Source: Chiloscyllium plagiosum (taxonomy: Eukaryota). Taken from it: 64,000 nucleotides of DNA. The notes under the pieces were generated by a model. The model was not told where the DNA came from. It did no database searches and was given only the letters and a program-made list of their open reading frames with translations. Position 1 is the first letter of the stretch, and the number at the start of each line of letters is the position of its first letter. Of the stretch, positions 26,580-38,050 are shown piece by piece. Made by a program: the position numbers and the translations under genes. The stretch is taken from contig NC_057711.1 of NCBI RefSeq assembly GCF_004010195.1, positions 70,126,944 through 70,190,943 of the forward strand. The letters run 5' to 3'.

Positions 26580-26707
26580 ATATATGATCAGGAAGGATCA
26601 CTACAACACTTTGTTGATGGCAGTGACCCCAACAAGTCTAACTGGATGAGATATATCCGATGTGCAAGACATTGTGGGGAACAGAACATGACGGTTGTCC
26701 AGTACAG
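26580..26707 (+). CDS. PRDM6: PRDM6 internal exon (128 bp), PR/SET domain: [42 protein letters not shown](R)
   Basis: Acceptor cttcctcag, donor AG|gtagga; PR-domain signature [10 protein letters not shown]...EQN; ends in phase 2, matching the next exon; not in the ORF track. Confidence 0.97.
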
Positions 26708-27013
26708 GTAGGAGATATTTACATTTTGACTGATCAGTGTGACAATTCACACAATTTTGAGTTTGATTTGCAGAAGCAACTAAAGTCAGGCAAAAATGTA
26801 CATTACCTCCAGCTAACTTCATTGACATCCACTGCTTTGTCAAGGTTCTTTCCTGTGTCACAGGCCAGGACTGAGATTGTTAGCTAAGTACCATTAATAA
26901 ATTTACAATAATGAATCACCTCACATTAAGCTACTCTGGATTCAGATTTGAGTCGGTCAAATGCAGCTAACATTTATGTCACATAAGTGCCAGAACATGA
27001 TGTCTAAATCTAG

Positions 27014-27175
27014 AAAGTTACAAATCACACAACACCGGGTTATAGTCCAACAGGTTTAATTGGAAGCACTAGCTTTCAGAGTGCCGCTCCTTCATCAGGT
27101 GGTTGGACTATAAACTGGTGTTGTATGATTTGTAACTTTGTACACCCCAGTCCAACACCAGCATCTCCAAATCAT
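27014..27175. mobile_element. Fold-back non-autonomous element with hammerhead motif, family H2
   Basis: 38-bp inverted arms 27014-27051 and 27102-27139; direct repeat TAAATC(T/A)AGAAAGTT at 27005-27019 and 27175-27189; same family as 44633-44721. Confidence 0.8.
27064..27104 (-). ncRNA. Minimal hammerhead ribozyme motif
   Basis: Minus strand: AACCAC CUGAUGA A GGAGC GGC ACUCU GAAA GCUA GUGCUU; stem I 5/6 pairs, stem II 4 pairs including G-U. Confidence 0.65.
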
Positions 27176-28329
27176 AAATCAAGAAAGTTCCAGTCTTCTC
27201 CTCTTTCCGCATAGCTGCAATTCTCAAAGTCACCAATTTGGCAGTCACAATTGACCATTAGGCTGACTGGATCAGTAAAATCAACACCATCAACAAAAGA
27301 ATGGGCAGAGGCTATATATTCCATGATAAATGGATCCCTTTAAGCCATATAAGTATTTTCACTATCTATGAGACTAAAGACATTTGCATGATGAAATACA
27401 TGCATGGGTGTAGGAATAACAGCAATCAAAACAATTCACTATTATCCAGATCCGAAGAATTTGCTTCAGAGGTATCTGTGTTACTGTATTAAATTTCTGA
27501 ACTTCCCCTATCACTAACATGCAGCATTTATGGTTTATATACCACTACAGTAATTCATTGAGATTACTTTGGTGGTGTCTTATTTCCTTCTTGCCCCTCC
27601 CACTGAATAGGATCTATTAGAAGCATTAACACCTTCAACTTTGCCTCAAGTGGTGAGGGTAAATCTCTTTAGATTTCCTATTTAATAGCATTGTGGGATA
27701 TTAGTACCTCAAGATTTGCAGGTACTAATACTCTTGCAATGTATTAGTAGAAAAACACCCATTACCTCTCCTCAGAACAATTTTGAATGCACAAGTAATG
27801 TGTTAGCCACTGATAACTATGTCTCAAGAAAGTAATTTTTAAATAATTTGCCTGTTCAGACCCTCTGTTATGGATAATATCATTGATGCTGTATAGTTGC
27901 AGTATATGACCAACAGGATAAACTGGATCAATTCAATAAAGTCCGAGAGCAACTTTCAGCGTTAGGAATATGATGGGAATATTACACTCCATACATCATA
28001 CTTACTTGAACATACATTAGCATTCCTTCACTGCCAAGGGTCAAAATCCTGGAGTTCCTGACCTAATACAGTCATGGGAACACCAGCACAACAATCACTG
28101 CTATGGTTAAATGACAAGGCCATTCCTTCTTAGGGCAAATTCTTCTGTTCTGGATAATAGTGAATTGTTTTGATTGCTGTTATGACTACAACCATGCATG
28201 TATTTCATCATGCACTTGTCTTTAGTCTTGTAGATAGCAATAAATGTGGCCTTGCCAATGTTGCTCAAATAAACAAAAACAAATAAAATATTTTATGCAT
28301 GTTACTTAATAATGCTCGTGCTCTGCATA

Positions 28330-28510
28330 ATAGAGAACTAACTGGCATTTATATCATTCGTTCATAGCAGCATGCTGTTCGCAAATATGCTGCCACTTTT
28401 GCCAGCAAAATATCAGTTACTATACATTAAAAATAATGAATTAATTGAGAAGCGTTTTGGGGTATTCTAAGAGCGTGGTAATGTGGTTTGTAAATACAAG
28501 CTGTTTCTTT
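28330..28510 (+). mobile_element. Deu-domain SINE 3' fragment (SacSINE1/AmnSINE-like)
   Basis: GAAGCGTTTTGGG...TAAATACAAG.T.TTTCTTT tail resembles the reverse complement of 57595-57700. Confidence 0.5.
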
Positions 28511-28835
28511 CTTTAACTAAATGCATTTTCTCTCCCATTGAAGCACAACCCTTGTACCCATACTAAAAAAATTAGGCAGTCAACCTAAAACTGTGTAGCA
28601 TTTAAGTATTGAGCAATGTCAGTCTTTCTTGGCTGGTTATTTAGGATCACCCTGCTAATGAGATCAATGACTTGCAGAGTTATCGGAAAATTAATGTGAA
28701 TTGTTAGTCTTGAAGAGGTGATGACAAAATTGATTCTAAAGGGAAAAGCATATACAAACAGCAAAAAAGGGATGAAAAATAAGAGTGACAAATTTTGGAA
28801 AAAAGTAAAATGTATCAGTGTTACAATAAAAGGAA

Positions 28836-29960
28836 GGTGATGGCTTAGTGGTATTATCGCTCAAATATTAATCCAGGAACTCAATTAATGTTCTGGGGAT
28901 CTGGGTTCAAATCCACCAAGGCAGGTGGTAGAATTTTAATCCAAGGTGTATCTGCAATTACGAGTCTAATGATGACTATGAAACCACTGCTGATTATCAG
29001 AAAAAAACTGTCTGGTTCACCAATGTACTTCAGGGAAGGAAATCTGCCATCCTTACCTGGTCTGGCCTAAATGTGACTCCACACCCACAGCAATGTGGTT
29101 GACTCTCAACTGCCCTCTGAAATGGTTTAGCAAGCCACTCAGTTGCACTAATGACTACAAAGCCACATCAAAGAAATGACAAATGTCAACCTAGTCATCG
29201 AAAATGACAACAGCCAAAACAGCCCTGTCAACCCTGCAAAGTCCTCCTTACTGACAGCTGGGAGCTAGTGCCAAAATTGAGACAGCTATCTCACAGATTG
29301 ATCAGGCCTGGCATAGTCACACTCACTAAATCAATATCCCAGACACTACCACCAATGCCCCCACCCCCTCAGCCCCCCAGCAGAGATGGTGGCACAGTGT
29401 AATAGAGTTGCCTCAGAAGTCCTCAACATTGACTCCAACCCTCATAATGTCAAATAGCGGCAAGGAAACCTCCTACTGATTGCCATGTACCATCCTCCCT
29501 CAGCTGATGAATCAGTATCCTTCCATGTTGAACACCATTTGCGCAAGGGTAGCAAAATGTACTCTGGGTGGGGAATTTCAACATCCATCACCAAGAGTGG
29601 CTTGGCAACAACACGACTGATCAAGCTGGTTGGGTCCTAAAGTAAATAGTGGCTAGCCTGAGTCTGTGGCAGGTGGTGAGACAACCAACAAAAGGGAAAC
29701 ATGTAATTGACCTCATCCTTACCCATTTGCCTGGCACAGATGAATCCATCCATGACAGTATCAATAAGAGCGACCACTGCACAGTCCTTATCTTTTCCAT
29801 TGTGTTGTATGGCACTGTCACTGTGCTAAATGGGACAGACTTCAAACAGATCCAGCAACTCCAGATTGGGCATCCGTACAGTGCTGTGGACCAGAAGAAT
29901 CATACTCCAACACAATCGGCAATTGTATGCCCCATTTTACCATTACCATTAAGCTGGGGG
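28836..29960 (+). mobile_element. 5' end of LINE family B: tRNA-like Pol III head followed by an APE endonuclease coding region
   Basis: A box TGGCTTAGTGG (about 28841), B box GGTTCAAATCC (about 28904); downstream fragments QVVRQPTKGKHVIDLILTHLP...IHDSINKSDHCTVL and WVG.FN.HH..WLG. Confidence 0.75.
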
Positions 29961-29964
29961 AATC

Positions 29965-30770
29965 AATACAGTTATCAGGGTTAAATTCCACCTGACTCTG
30001 ACCTGCCATCTCACCAAACCATCTATATCCTCTTGTACTCAAGACCTTCTTCTCACTCAGTAACCTGGTCAATCTTCGTGACATCTGCCAATTTACTTAT
30101 TATCTCCCCACATTCTCATCCACATCATTTATTTATATCATTAACAAAAAGGGACCCATCACTAATTGCTGTGGTACAACATTGGACACTGGCCTCCAGT
30201 CATTCAAACAGCCTTCTACCAACACCCTCTGTCTCCTATCATTAAATCAATTTTGAATCCAACTCACCAAGTTACCCTGGATCCCCATGTGCTTTTACCC
30301 TCTTTATCAGTCTGCCATTTGGGACCTTGTCAAAGGTTTTGCTGAAATCCGTATAAACTATATCAACTGCTCTACCCTTACCTATACACCTGGTCACCTC
30401 TTTGAAAAATTCAAATTTGTTCGGCATGACCTCCCTTTGACAAAGCCACACTGACTCTCCCTGATCAAATATTACCTGTTGAAGTGGCGATTGATTTTCT
30501 TCTTCAAAACTTTCTCCACTGATGTGAGACTCAGTGGTCTATAATTCCTTGGTTTGTATCTGCCAACCTGCTTGAAAAATGGAATCAAATTTGCTCTCTT
30601 CCACTCCTCTGGCAAGTCCCCTGTGACCAGAGAGGAATTAGAAGCTTTGGTCTGAGCTCCTATAGTTTCCTCCCTCGTCTTCCATAGCATTCTGGGATAC
30701 AGCTCACCTGGAACTGGAGATTTGTCTACTTTTAAACCTGCCAAAACTTCCAATACCTCCTCACCCCCAA
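29965..30770 (-). mobile_element. CR1 family A RT fragment
   Basis: LKVDKSPVPGELYPRML...PEEWKRANLIPFFK...NYRPLSLTSV. Confidence 0.88.
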
Positions 30771-31354
30771 TGTCACTGCTCAAGAACCTAGTCTCTCCTT
30801 CTGCTTTCGGTAACCATTTCCTCCCTGTCCAAAATGAAGACACTTGTATATTTGAGAAAATTATTCAATAAGATGCCCATGATGAAGTTAGATTCAGAGT
30901 CCCATTTTGTTGGGTGCTTTCAGGTTGTTACCTGAATCTAATTTTTTTATGGCTAAGTGTGGATCACATCAAATTTTTTTCATGTTGAGGTTTTTCATCT
31001 TTAGACTTAGCATGGTTTCTCACCTCACCTTCTGTTAACTACAAAATGAAACCTTTCAGCCTGTCAGCTTGAGTTGGTTCTGTAATCGTTATTTCCATTC
31101 ACCTCAGTTTTCCTTTATATCCCTTTTAAATTTTTATTTTTCAAATATTTATCCTCTTTCCCTTTAAAGTCTATTGTGAGACTGGATTCCACCAATGTTT
31201 CTGGTAGAGAATTCCTAACTCACCCCATTAACTACCTCACCCACTCCGTGACAATCCTCACGTCAGATTCTAGTCCTACCTTATCACACGCCATTCCCAG
31301 AATAACACATTGCTGCCAGACTAAAAGATATAGTCCTAGTGGAGCATGCTGTCT

Positions 31355-31533
31355 TGGAGAGAGAGAAATAACTGGTGGTGGTTTAACTTGAGGGTCACCA
31401 CACCTCAGACAATGGGAAAGGTAGAGAAAGAAAGCACTTCATGGTAACCTCAGCTCATCTGGGAATTGAACCCCCACTGTTGGTGTCACTCTGTATCAGA
31501 GAGTAGCTGTCCAGCTGACTGAACTAACTGACC
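31355..31533 (-). mobile_element. tRNA-derived SINE 5' part (a third SINE family)
   Basis: Minus strand begins GGTCAGTTAGTTCAGTC... with B box GGTTCAATTCCC. Confidence 0.6.
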
Positions 31534-31679
31534 ACCAAGTTACCTTTATCTTATTCCAGAGTATTCTGGAACTAAGTGGCATCCCTTGCGCTCGTGCAAT
31601 CTGTAGAAGTCCATAGTGCACTTAGACAAGCTGTGTCAGTCAAGAGTGCCCTATATGGTTCCTGACATTTTCCCCAGAC

Positions 31680-32240
31680 ATGGCAGACAGGAGAAATTTG
31701 GCATCCCGTTTTGTGGATAGGAACCTGGAGGTACGTAGGTGGGACTTTGGCTTTCCGTCAGACTAGCAACAGAGGCTATGACTCCAGACCGTGGCAGCCT
31801 GGTCTGAAGTTGCCACACAGGTTAAAGCAATCTCAGCTGTCTGGAGGAATGCATAGCAATGTAGGAAGAAAGTCAATGACTGTCTCCACCCCGCTATGCA
31901 AGTATCACCAGCTTCTGTCCAATATCTCATACTCACTCAATCTCTGCTACCTCCCACCATGGCTCATGCTCAACCACTGTCATTAATGCCTGCAACATCT
32001 TCTCTCCATCACTGTCACCCACCCAAATCCCTGGCAGCATTAACTCCGCATTGCTTACTCACTTAGCTTGTGACATCTTCTAACCACCCACTTTCATCTC
32101 CTGTAATATTTGCCCTACTATTATTTCAGGAGAAGAACAACCCTTAATAGTGTACAAAAATGCATGACGGATGGAAGGCTTCCTGAGTTTAACTCCTCAC
32201 CCATTTTGTGGAAAGCATCCTGCCTTTGACCACCTCAAAT
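31680..32240 (+). pseudogene. Decayed two-exon Myb/SANT-like (MSANTD/NAIF1-type) gene of a PIF/Harbinger transposon
   Basis: ATG at 31680: MADRRNLASRFVDRNLEV...QTVAAWSEVATQVKAISAVWRNA*QCRKKVNDCL; acceptor ttatttcag at 32129, then a ...MTDGRLPEF*LLTHFVE-like segment. Confidence 0.7.
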
Positions 32241-32299
32241 GGCTGACTGGTCACGTCTAAGCCCCTGGACTGGTGTCAGAGGCTGCCCTTGTCTAGATG

Positions 32300-33890
32300 G
32301 AAGCTAGAGAACTTGATGAAATAAATAGTGATATGTTGAAAAGTGTCCATATTGCAGAGGAGGAGATGCTGGACGTCTTAAAATGCATAAACGTAGATAA
32401 ATCTGAGGCCTGATCAGGTGTACCCTACAACTTTATGGGAAGCTAAGTAAGTGATTGTTGAGCCCCTTGCTGAAATGTTTCTGTCATCAATAGCCATGGG
32501 TGAGCTTCTGAGAGAATGGAGGTTGGTTAATGTGCTGCCATTATTTAAGAAATTTGGTAAGGAAAAGCTAGGGAATTAAAGACCGGTGAGCCTGACATCA
32601 ATGGTGGGCAAGTTGTTGGAGAGGATTCTGAGGGACAGGATATTTGGAAGGCAGGGATTGATTAGGGATAATCAACATGGCTTTGTGCATAGGAAATTGT
32701 TTCTCACTAACTTGATTTAGTTTTTTGAAGAAGTGACAAAAAAGATTGATTGTCTATTTGGACTTCAGGAAGGTTTTCAACAAGGTTCCACAGGGTAGAC
32801 TGGTTAGTAAGGTTATATTATGTAGAATACTGGGGGATTTAGCATTTGGATACAAACGTGGCTTGAAGGAAGGAAACAGAGAATGGTGGTAGAGTGTTGT
32901 TTTTCGGACTGGAAACCAGCTGTATGCTGCAAGGATCCATGCTGGGTCCACTGCTTTTTGTCATTTATATAAATGATTTGGATGTGAACATGAGAGGTAG
33001 GTTAGTAAGTTTGCAGATGACACCAAAATTGGAGGTATACTGGATAGCAAAGAGGTTTAGCTCAGAGTACAATAAGACCTTGATCAGATGAGCCAATGGG
33101 CTGCGGAGTGAGTAGATGGAGTTTAATTTAGATAAATGTGATGTATTGCATTTTGGAAAGGCAAATCAGGACATGTAATGGTAAGGTCCTGGGGAATGTT
33201 GCTGAACAAAGAGACCCCAGAGTGGAGATTCATAGTTCCTTGGAAGTGAACTCACAGGCAGACAAGATAATAAAGAAGACATCTGGTACACTTGCCTTTA
33301 TTGATCAATCCATTGTGTATAGGTGTTGGGAGATCATGTTGAGGCTATACAGGACATTGATTAGGCCACTTTTGGAGTACAGCATGCAATTCTAGTCACC
33401 TGTTATAGGAAAGATATTGTGAAACTTGAAAGGATTCAGAAAATAATTTACAAAGATTTTGCTGGGATTAAAAGGTTTGAGCTATAGGGAGAGCAATAGG
33501 CTATTTTCCCTGGAGTGTCAGAAGCTGAGGGGTGACCTAATAGAGATTTATAAAATCATGAGGGGCATGGATAGAGTGAATCTTAAAGATCTTTTTCCTG
33601 GGATGGGGAGACTCCAAAACTGGAGAGCATAGATTTAAGTTGAGAGGAGAAATATTTAAAAGAACCTCACACAGAGGATGGTGTGTGTATAGAATGAGCT
33701 GCCAGAAGAAGTGGTGGAGGCTGGTACAATTACAACATTTAAAATGTACTTGGCTGTGTACATGAGTAGGAAGGATTTAGACGGATGGGGCCAAATGATG
33801 GCAAATGGGAGAAGATTAATTCAAGTTATCTGGTCAGCATGGATGAACTGAACTGAAGGGTCTATTTCCGTGCTTAACATCTCATGACTC
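32300..33890 (+). mobile_element. CR1 family A LINE, RT through 3' tail, decayed
   Basis: QGSMLGPLLFVIYINDLD, FADDTK, LYRTLIRPLLEYSMQF; tail CATGACTCT near 33885. Confidence 0.93.
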
Positions 33891-35616
33891 TAATATGCTA
33901 GGAAACTCTAAGCGAAGGCTATTCCACATGATGACTGAGGCTTTCTGACAAACATGACAAGCTTCCTGCTTTGTATCTGCAGGTATGCTCAGAGCAAGTG
34001 AGCGTGATGACAGTAATTGAGAATCCAGTGATACATCCTGGTCCAGTCCATGTGCTGGGTGCATGGCAATGAGCACACAGTGTCCTTGCTGCAGCAATAC
34101 AATACTTGTTGGTGTAGTTCAAGGTGCAGCATTGAAGTGCAGACATCCTTAAAGTACATTGTAGTTATTGCATAAGAGTCCTTAGAGGCTGGCATATATT
34201 TGATACCAATGTCTGTGGATGTGGGGTGTATGTCCTGAGATGTTGCTGCCCAGTGTCCAACATGGAAGTCCTTTGGAACAAGTGGTAAGCTGAATTCACC
34301 AGTTACCTGCTTTAGATTTTGATGTCAAGATTTCTAGTTAGACATCTAAAAAATTATGACCAATGATTCTATGAACAGAAATGGTTTGAGATTGGTAAAG
34401 CTTCATGAACTCTTAATAATATCAAAGTGGTGAAACACTTCCACCAGTAGAAAATCAAGAAGTTGAAAAGATTATTTACTAAAATCCCAAAAAGGGATAA
34501 TGATGGTCTGAAAAACATTGTGGAAAACATAGCTGCCTGGAATTTTTCTCTATTCTTTTATTCTATGACAGAAGGATTTACTTTGCACAAGTGATCCTTG
34601 GACGATGTTTCACCTGCTCCACTGTGGGAGTAAATTTTTAGTGTGGAAAACAAAACATATTGTGAGTGATTGCTTCAGTAGGTTTTGTACATTACCCCTC
34701 ACCTACCATCTTCACTTAATGGTCAAAGGTTGCACAGAGGGATTTATTCTGTCAAAGAATATAGACACATTTTTAGAGATGAGTTTATGTTATTAGATGA
34801 ATCTACTATTTAGGATCAGTAATCCATGAGGTATAATTCTTCTAAGTCCTGCCATCAAACACAGAACCTTTGTGGAGATCAGAGGTTATGTAATTGAGCT
34901 TATAGTCATGGAACTGTATTTCTGACCCATGCTTAAGTATAGCAGAGGTTCACAAAATTGATCCCATGATGTTAAACGTAATGGTCTTGCTTCAGTGGAA
35001 ATGGTTGAGCAAAGATTTGCTTGTAGTAGCCTTGATGTTAACAGATTTCTGAGGGATTATTTCACAAGCTTCTGCTTTGTCAACAAGCACAGTCAGGGCA
35101 ATAGTCAGTTTTGATTACATTTATATTAACAACAAATGATCAAATCCTACCAAAATCGGCAGTCATTTTCAATTTTCAATTTTCAAGGAAAGTTCCTCTT
35201 TGCGAGGCCAAGCAAACTTTGTCACATGATCATTCCAAATTCAACTCATTCACCATATACCATGACTATAACACCCCTGTCATCCAATGCCAGCCTAACT
35301 CTCCTACTCTTAACAGGTAGAAGTACTTACCACCACCTGGATATTCCATCTTTCCATCTTTCATATCCCATCCATTTATCTGGTCAAGCCCTGGCAACCT
35401 GGGATGGTCTTCATTGTTCCCAAAGCAGCACAAACCAACACTTCTCATGACAGATATATGGCACAGCTGCAGTTCAAGTTGAGAGGGAATCAGTTCCATC
35501 TCTGAACAGCAAATGAAGTTTTGCATTAGCTTTATACATTGTGGTCTAAAGGAGCCTCTTTTTGTGATTAGTTCGCAAAGACATCGATCAACAACCTGGA
35601 AGGACTTTTGTTAAGT

Positions 35617-35875
35617 TATTCGAGTGACGTGAGTGTCACTGGCTGAATCAGCATCATTGCCCATCCCTAGCTGCCCAGAGGGCACTTAAGAGTCACCTAC
35701 ATTGCTGTGGGTCAGGAGACCCAAGTTGGCCAGATCAGATAAGGATGGCTGATTTCCTTCCCTAAAGGATATTAGTGAAGCACATGGGTTTTCCTAACAA
35801 TCAGTAATAATTTTATATTCATCATTAAAGTCTTATTTCCAGATTACCATTGAATTCCACTTCCATCATCTGCCA
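35617..35875 (-). mobile_element. SINE-like derivative of LINE family B
   Basis: Collinear with 3510-3800. Confidence 0.7.
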
Positions 35876-36423
35876 GAACAGTCGAGCAATAATAACACGA
35901 TGCCCTTGCCTGCCCTAACCATATTGATGTGGTCAAAATTGCTTGTGACCAGCATTTGTTCCCCAGAAGTTGCATACTATATGCATTTCCCATGCACAAT
36001 GTTATAATTGCAAATTACAAAAATCTTTACTGTGCAAGTGCATGCAGTGGAGCCAATGTTGTTGACCAGCAAGCAGACATTGACTCTGCCCATTCCTGGT
36101 GTGATCGCAGTCACTTACTATTTGTTGCATTTAGAAATCGAGAGATCATGGAGGAATATGAGTGAGTGAATGAACAGCCCTAAAAATGCAGCTTGGGCCA
36201 GTCCATGCATTGGCTGCCTGTCACTGAGCATAAAGTGATCTTGCATTGAAATAATTGGTGCTGATGCATTCCTAAGTCATAGAGTCAGAGTCATAGAGCA
36301 CAAAAAACAAACCCTTTGGTCCAACCAGTTCATGCCAACCATAATTCAAAACTAAAGTGGACCGACCGTCCTGCACGTGACCATATCCCTTCAAACATTT
36401 CTTATTCATGTACTTATCTAAAT

Positions 36424-36767
36424 TTAGGGTGTAGGTTTGCTCGCTGAGCTGGAGGTTTGATATCCAGATGTTTCATTATCATCAGTGCCGACCTCCAAGT
36501 GAAGCGAAGCTGTTGTCTCCTGCTTTCTATTTATATCTTTCTCCTGGATGGGGTTCCTGGGAACAGGAAATGACATCACCACAAACCCCAGGAACCCCAT
36601 CAAGGACAAACATATAAATAGAAAGCAGGAGACAACAGCTTCACTTCACTTGGAGGTCACGACTGATGATGTTACCTAGCCAGGTAATGAAACGTCTGGA
36701 TATCAAACCAACAGCTCAGCGAGCAAACCTACACCCTAAACCTCAACCTGAGCTACAAACCTTCACA
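36424..36767 (+). mobile_element. Fold-back non-autonomous element with hammerhead motif, family H3
   Basis: Inverted arms about 36423-36561 and 36587-36740; perfect 13-bp direct repeat TACTTATCTAAAT at 36411-36423 and 36768-36780. Confidence 0.85.
36660..36700 (+). ncRNA. Minimal hammerhead ribozyme motif
   Basis: CUGAUGA (36663-69), U, GUUACCU-AGCC-AGGUAAU (7-bp stem II), GAAA, CGUC (GUC triplet, ACGU palindrome); stem I weak. Confidence 0.65.
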
Positions 36768-37239
36768 TACTTATCTAAATGAATTTTAAACATTGTAACT
36801 ATACCCACTTCCACTACTTTGTCTGAAAGTTCATTCTACACATGAACCACTCTCTGTGTAAAAATGTTGCCCCTCGTCCCAAATAAATCTTTCTCCTCTC
36901 ATCTTAAAAATATGCCCCTTAATCCTGAAATCCCCCAGCAAAGGCAAAAGATACCTGTCATTCACCTTATTTATATCCCTCATGATTTTATAAACCTCCA
37001 GAAGGTCATCCCGCAACCTCCTATGCTCCAATGAGAAAAATCTCAGCCTATCAGTTTCTCCCTCAAACTTAAACCTTCCATTCCTGGCAACATCCTGGTA
37101 AATCTCTTCTGAACCCTCTCCAGCTTGATGATATCCTTCCGATAATAGGGTGACCAGAACTAGACACGGTGTTCTAGAAGAAGCCTCACCAACATCCTGT
37201 ACAACCTCAATCTGAATTCCCAACCCCTATACTCAAAGC

Positions 37240-38050
37240 CATAGAGTCATACAGCACAGGAACAGACCATTCGATCCAACTTGTCTGCGATGACCAGGCA
37301 GCCCAATCTGACCTAGTCCCATTTGCCAGAATTTGGACTGTATCCCTCTAAGTCCATCCAGCTGCCTTTTAAATGTTGTAATTGCACCCATCTCCACCAC
37401 ATTCTGTGGCAGTTTATTACATAATTGTGAAAAATTACCTGACTGGCCCGTTTTAAATCTTTCCTCCTCTCACCTTAAACCTACGCCCTCTAGTTTTGGA
37501 CTCTCTCACCCCACAAAAATAACCTTGGCTGTTCACCCTATCCATGCCGCTCGTGAGTTTATAAAAGAAATAAGTCCCAGCCTATTCAGCCTCTTCCTTT
37601 GGTTCAAACCTTCCATTCCCGGCAAAATCCTTGTAATCTTTTCTGCATCCTCTCAAGCTTATAACAGGGTGACCAGAATTGAATTAATATTCTAAAAGTG
37701 ATGTCACCAATTTCCTGTACTGCCACATCATGATCTCCAAACTTCTATTGTCATTGTTTTGACCAATGAAGGCAAGCCTGCCAAATGCCTTGTTCACCAC
37801 TCTGTCTACCAGTGACTCCATTTCCAAAGAACTATGAACCTGCACCCCTAGGTTTCTTTGTTCAGCAACACTCTCCAGGGCTATACCTTGAACTGTAAAA
37901 GTCCTGCCCTGGTTTGCCTTACCAAAATGCAACACCTCACATTTATCTTAATGAAACTGCAAATGCCAATTCTCGACTCATTGGCTCATTTGATCAAGGT
38001 CACTTTGTACTCTGAGATTATCTTCTTCACTGTCCAATACACTATCTATT
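37240..38050 (-). mobile_element. CR1 family A 3' fragment (second, adjacent copy)
   Basis: LHFGKANQGRTFTV...EQRNLGVQVHSSL...KAFGRLAFIGQ. Confidence 0.88.

Larger units (their letters stand above)
36276..37235 (-). mobile_element. CR1 family A 3' fragment, interrupted by the element at 36424-36767
   Basis: FSLEHRRLRDDLLEVYKIMRDI; (GACTCTAT)n tail at 36276-36298. Confidence 0.9.

Noticed and set aside
32300..33890. Active LINE or reverse-transcriptase gene
   Set aside because: All LINE copies in the window are truncated, with multiple stops and frameshifts.
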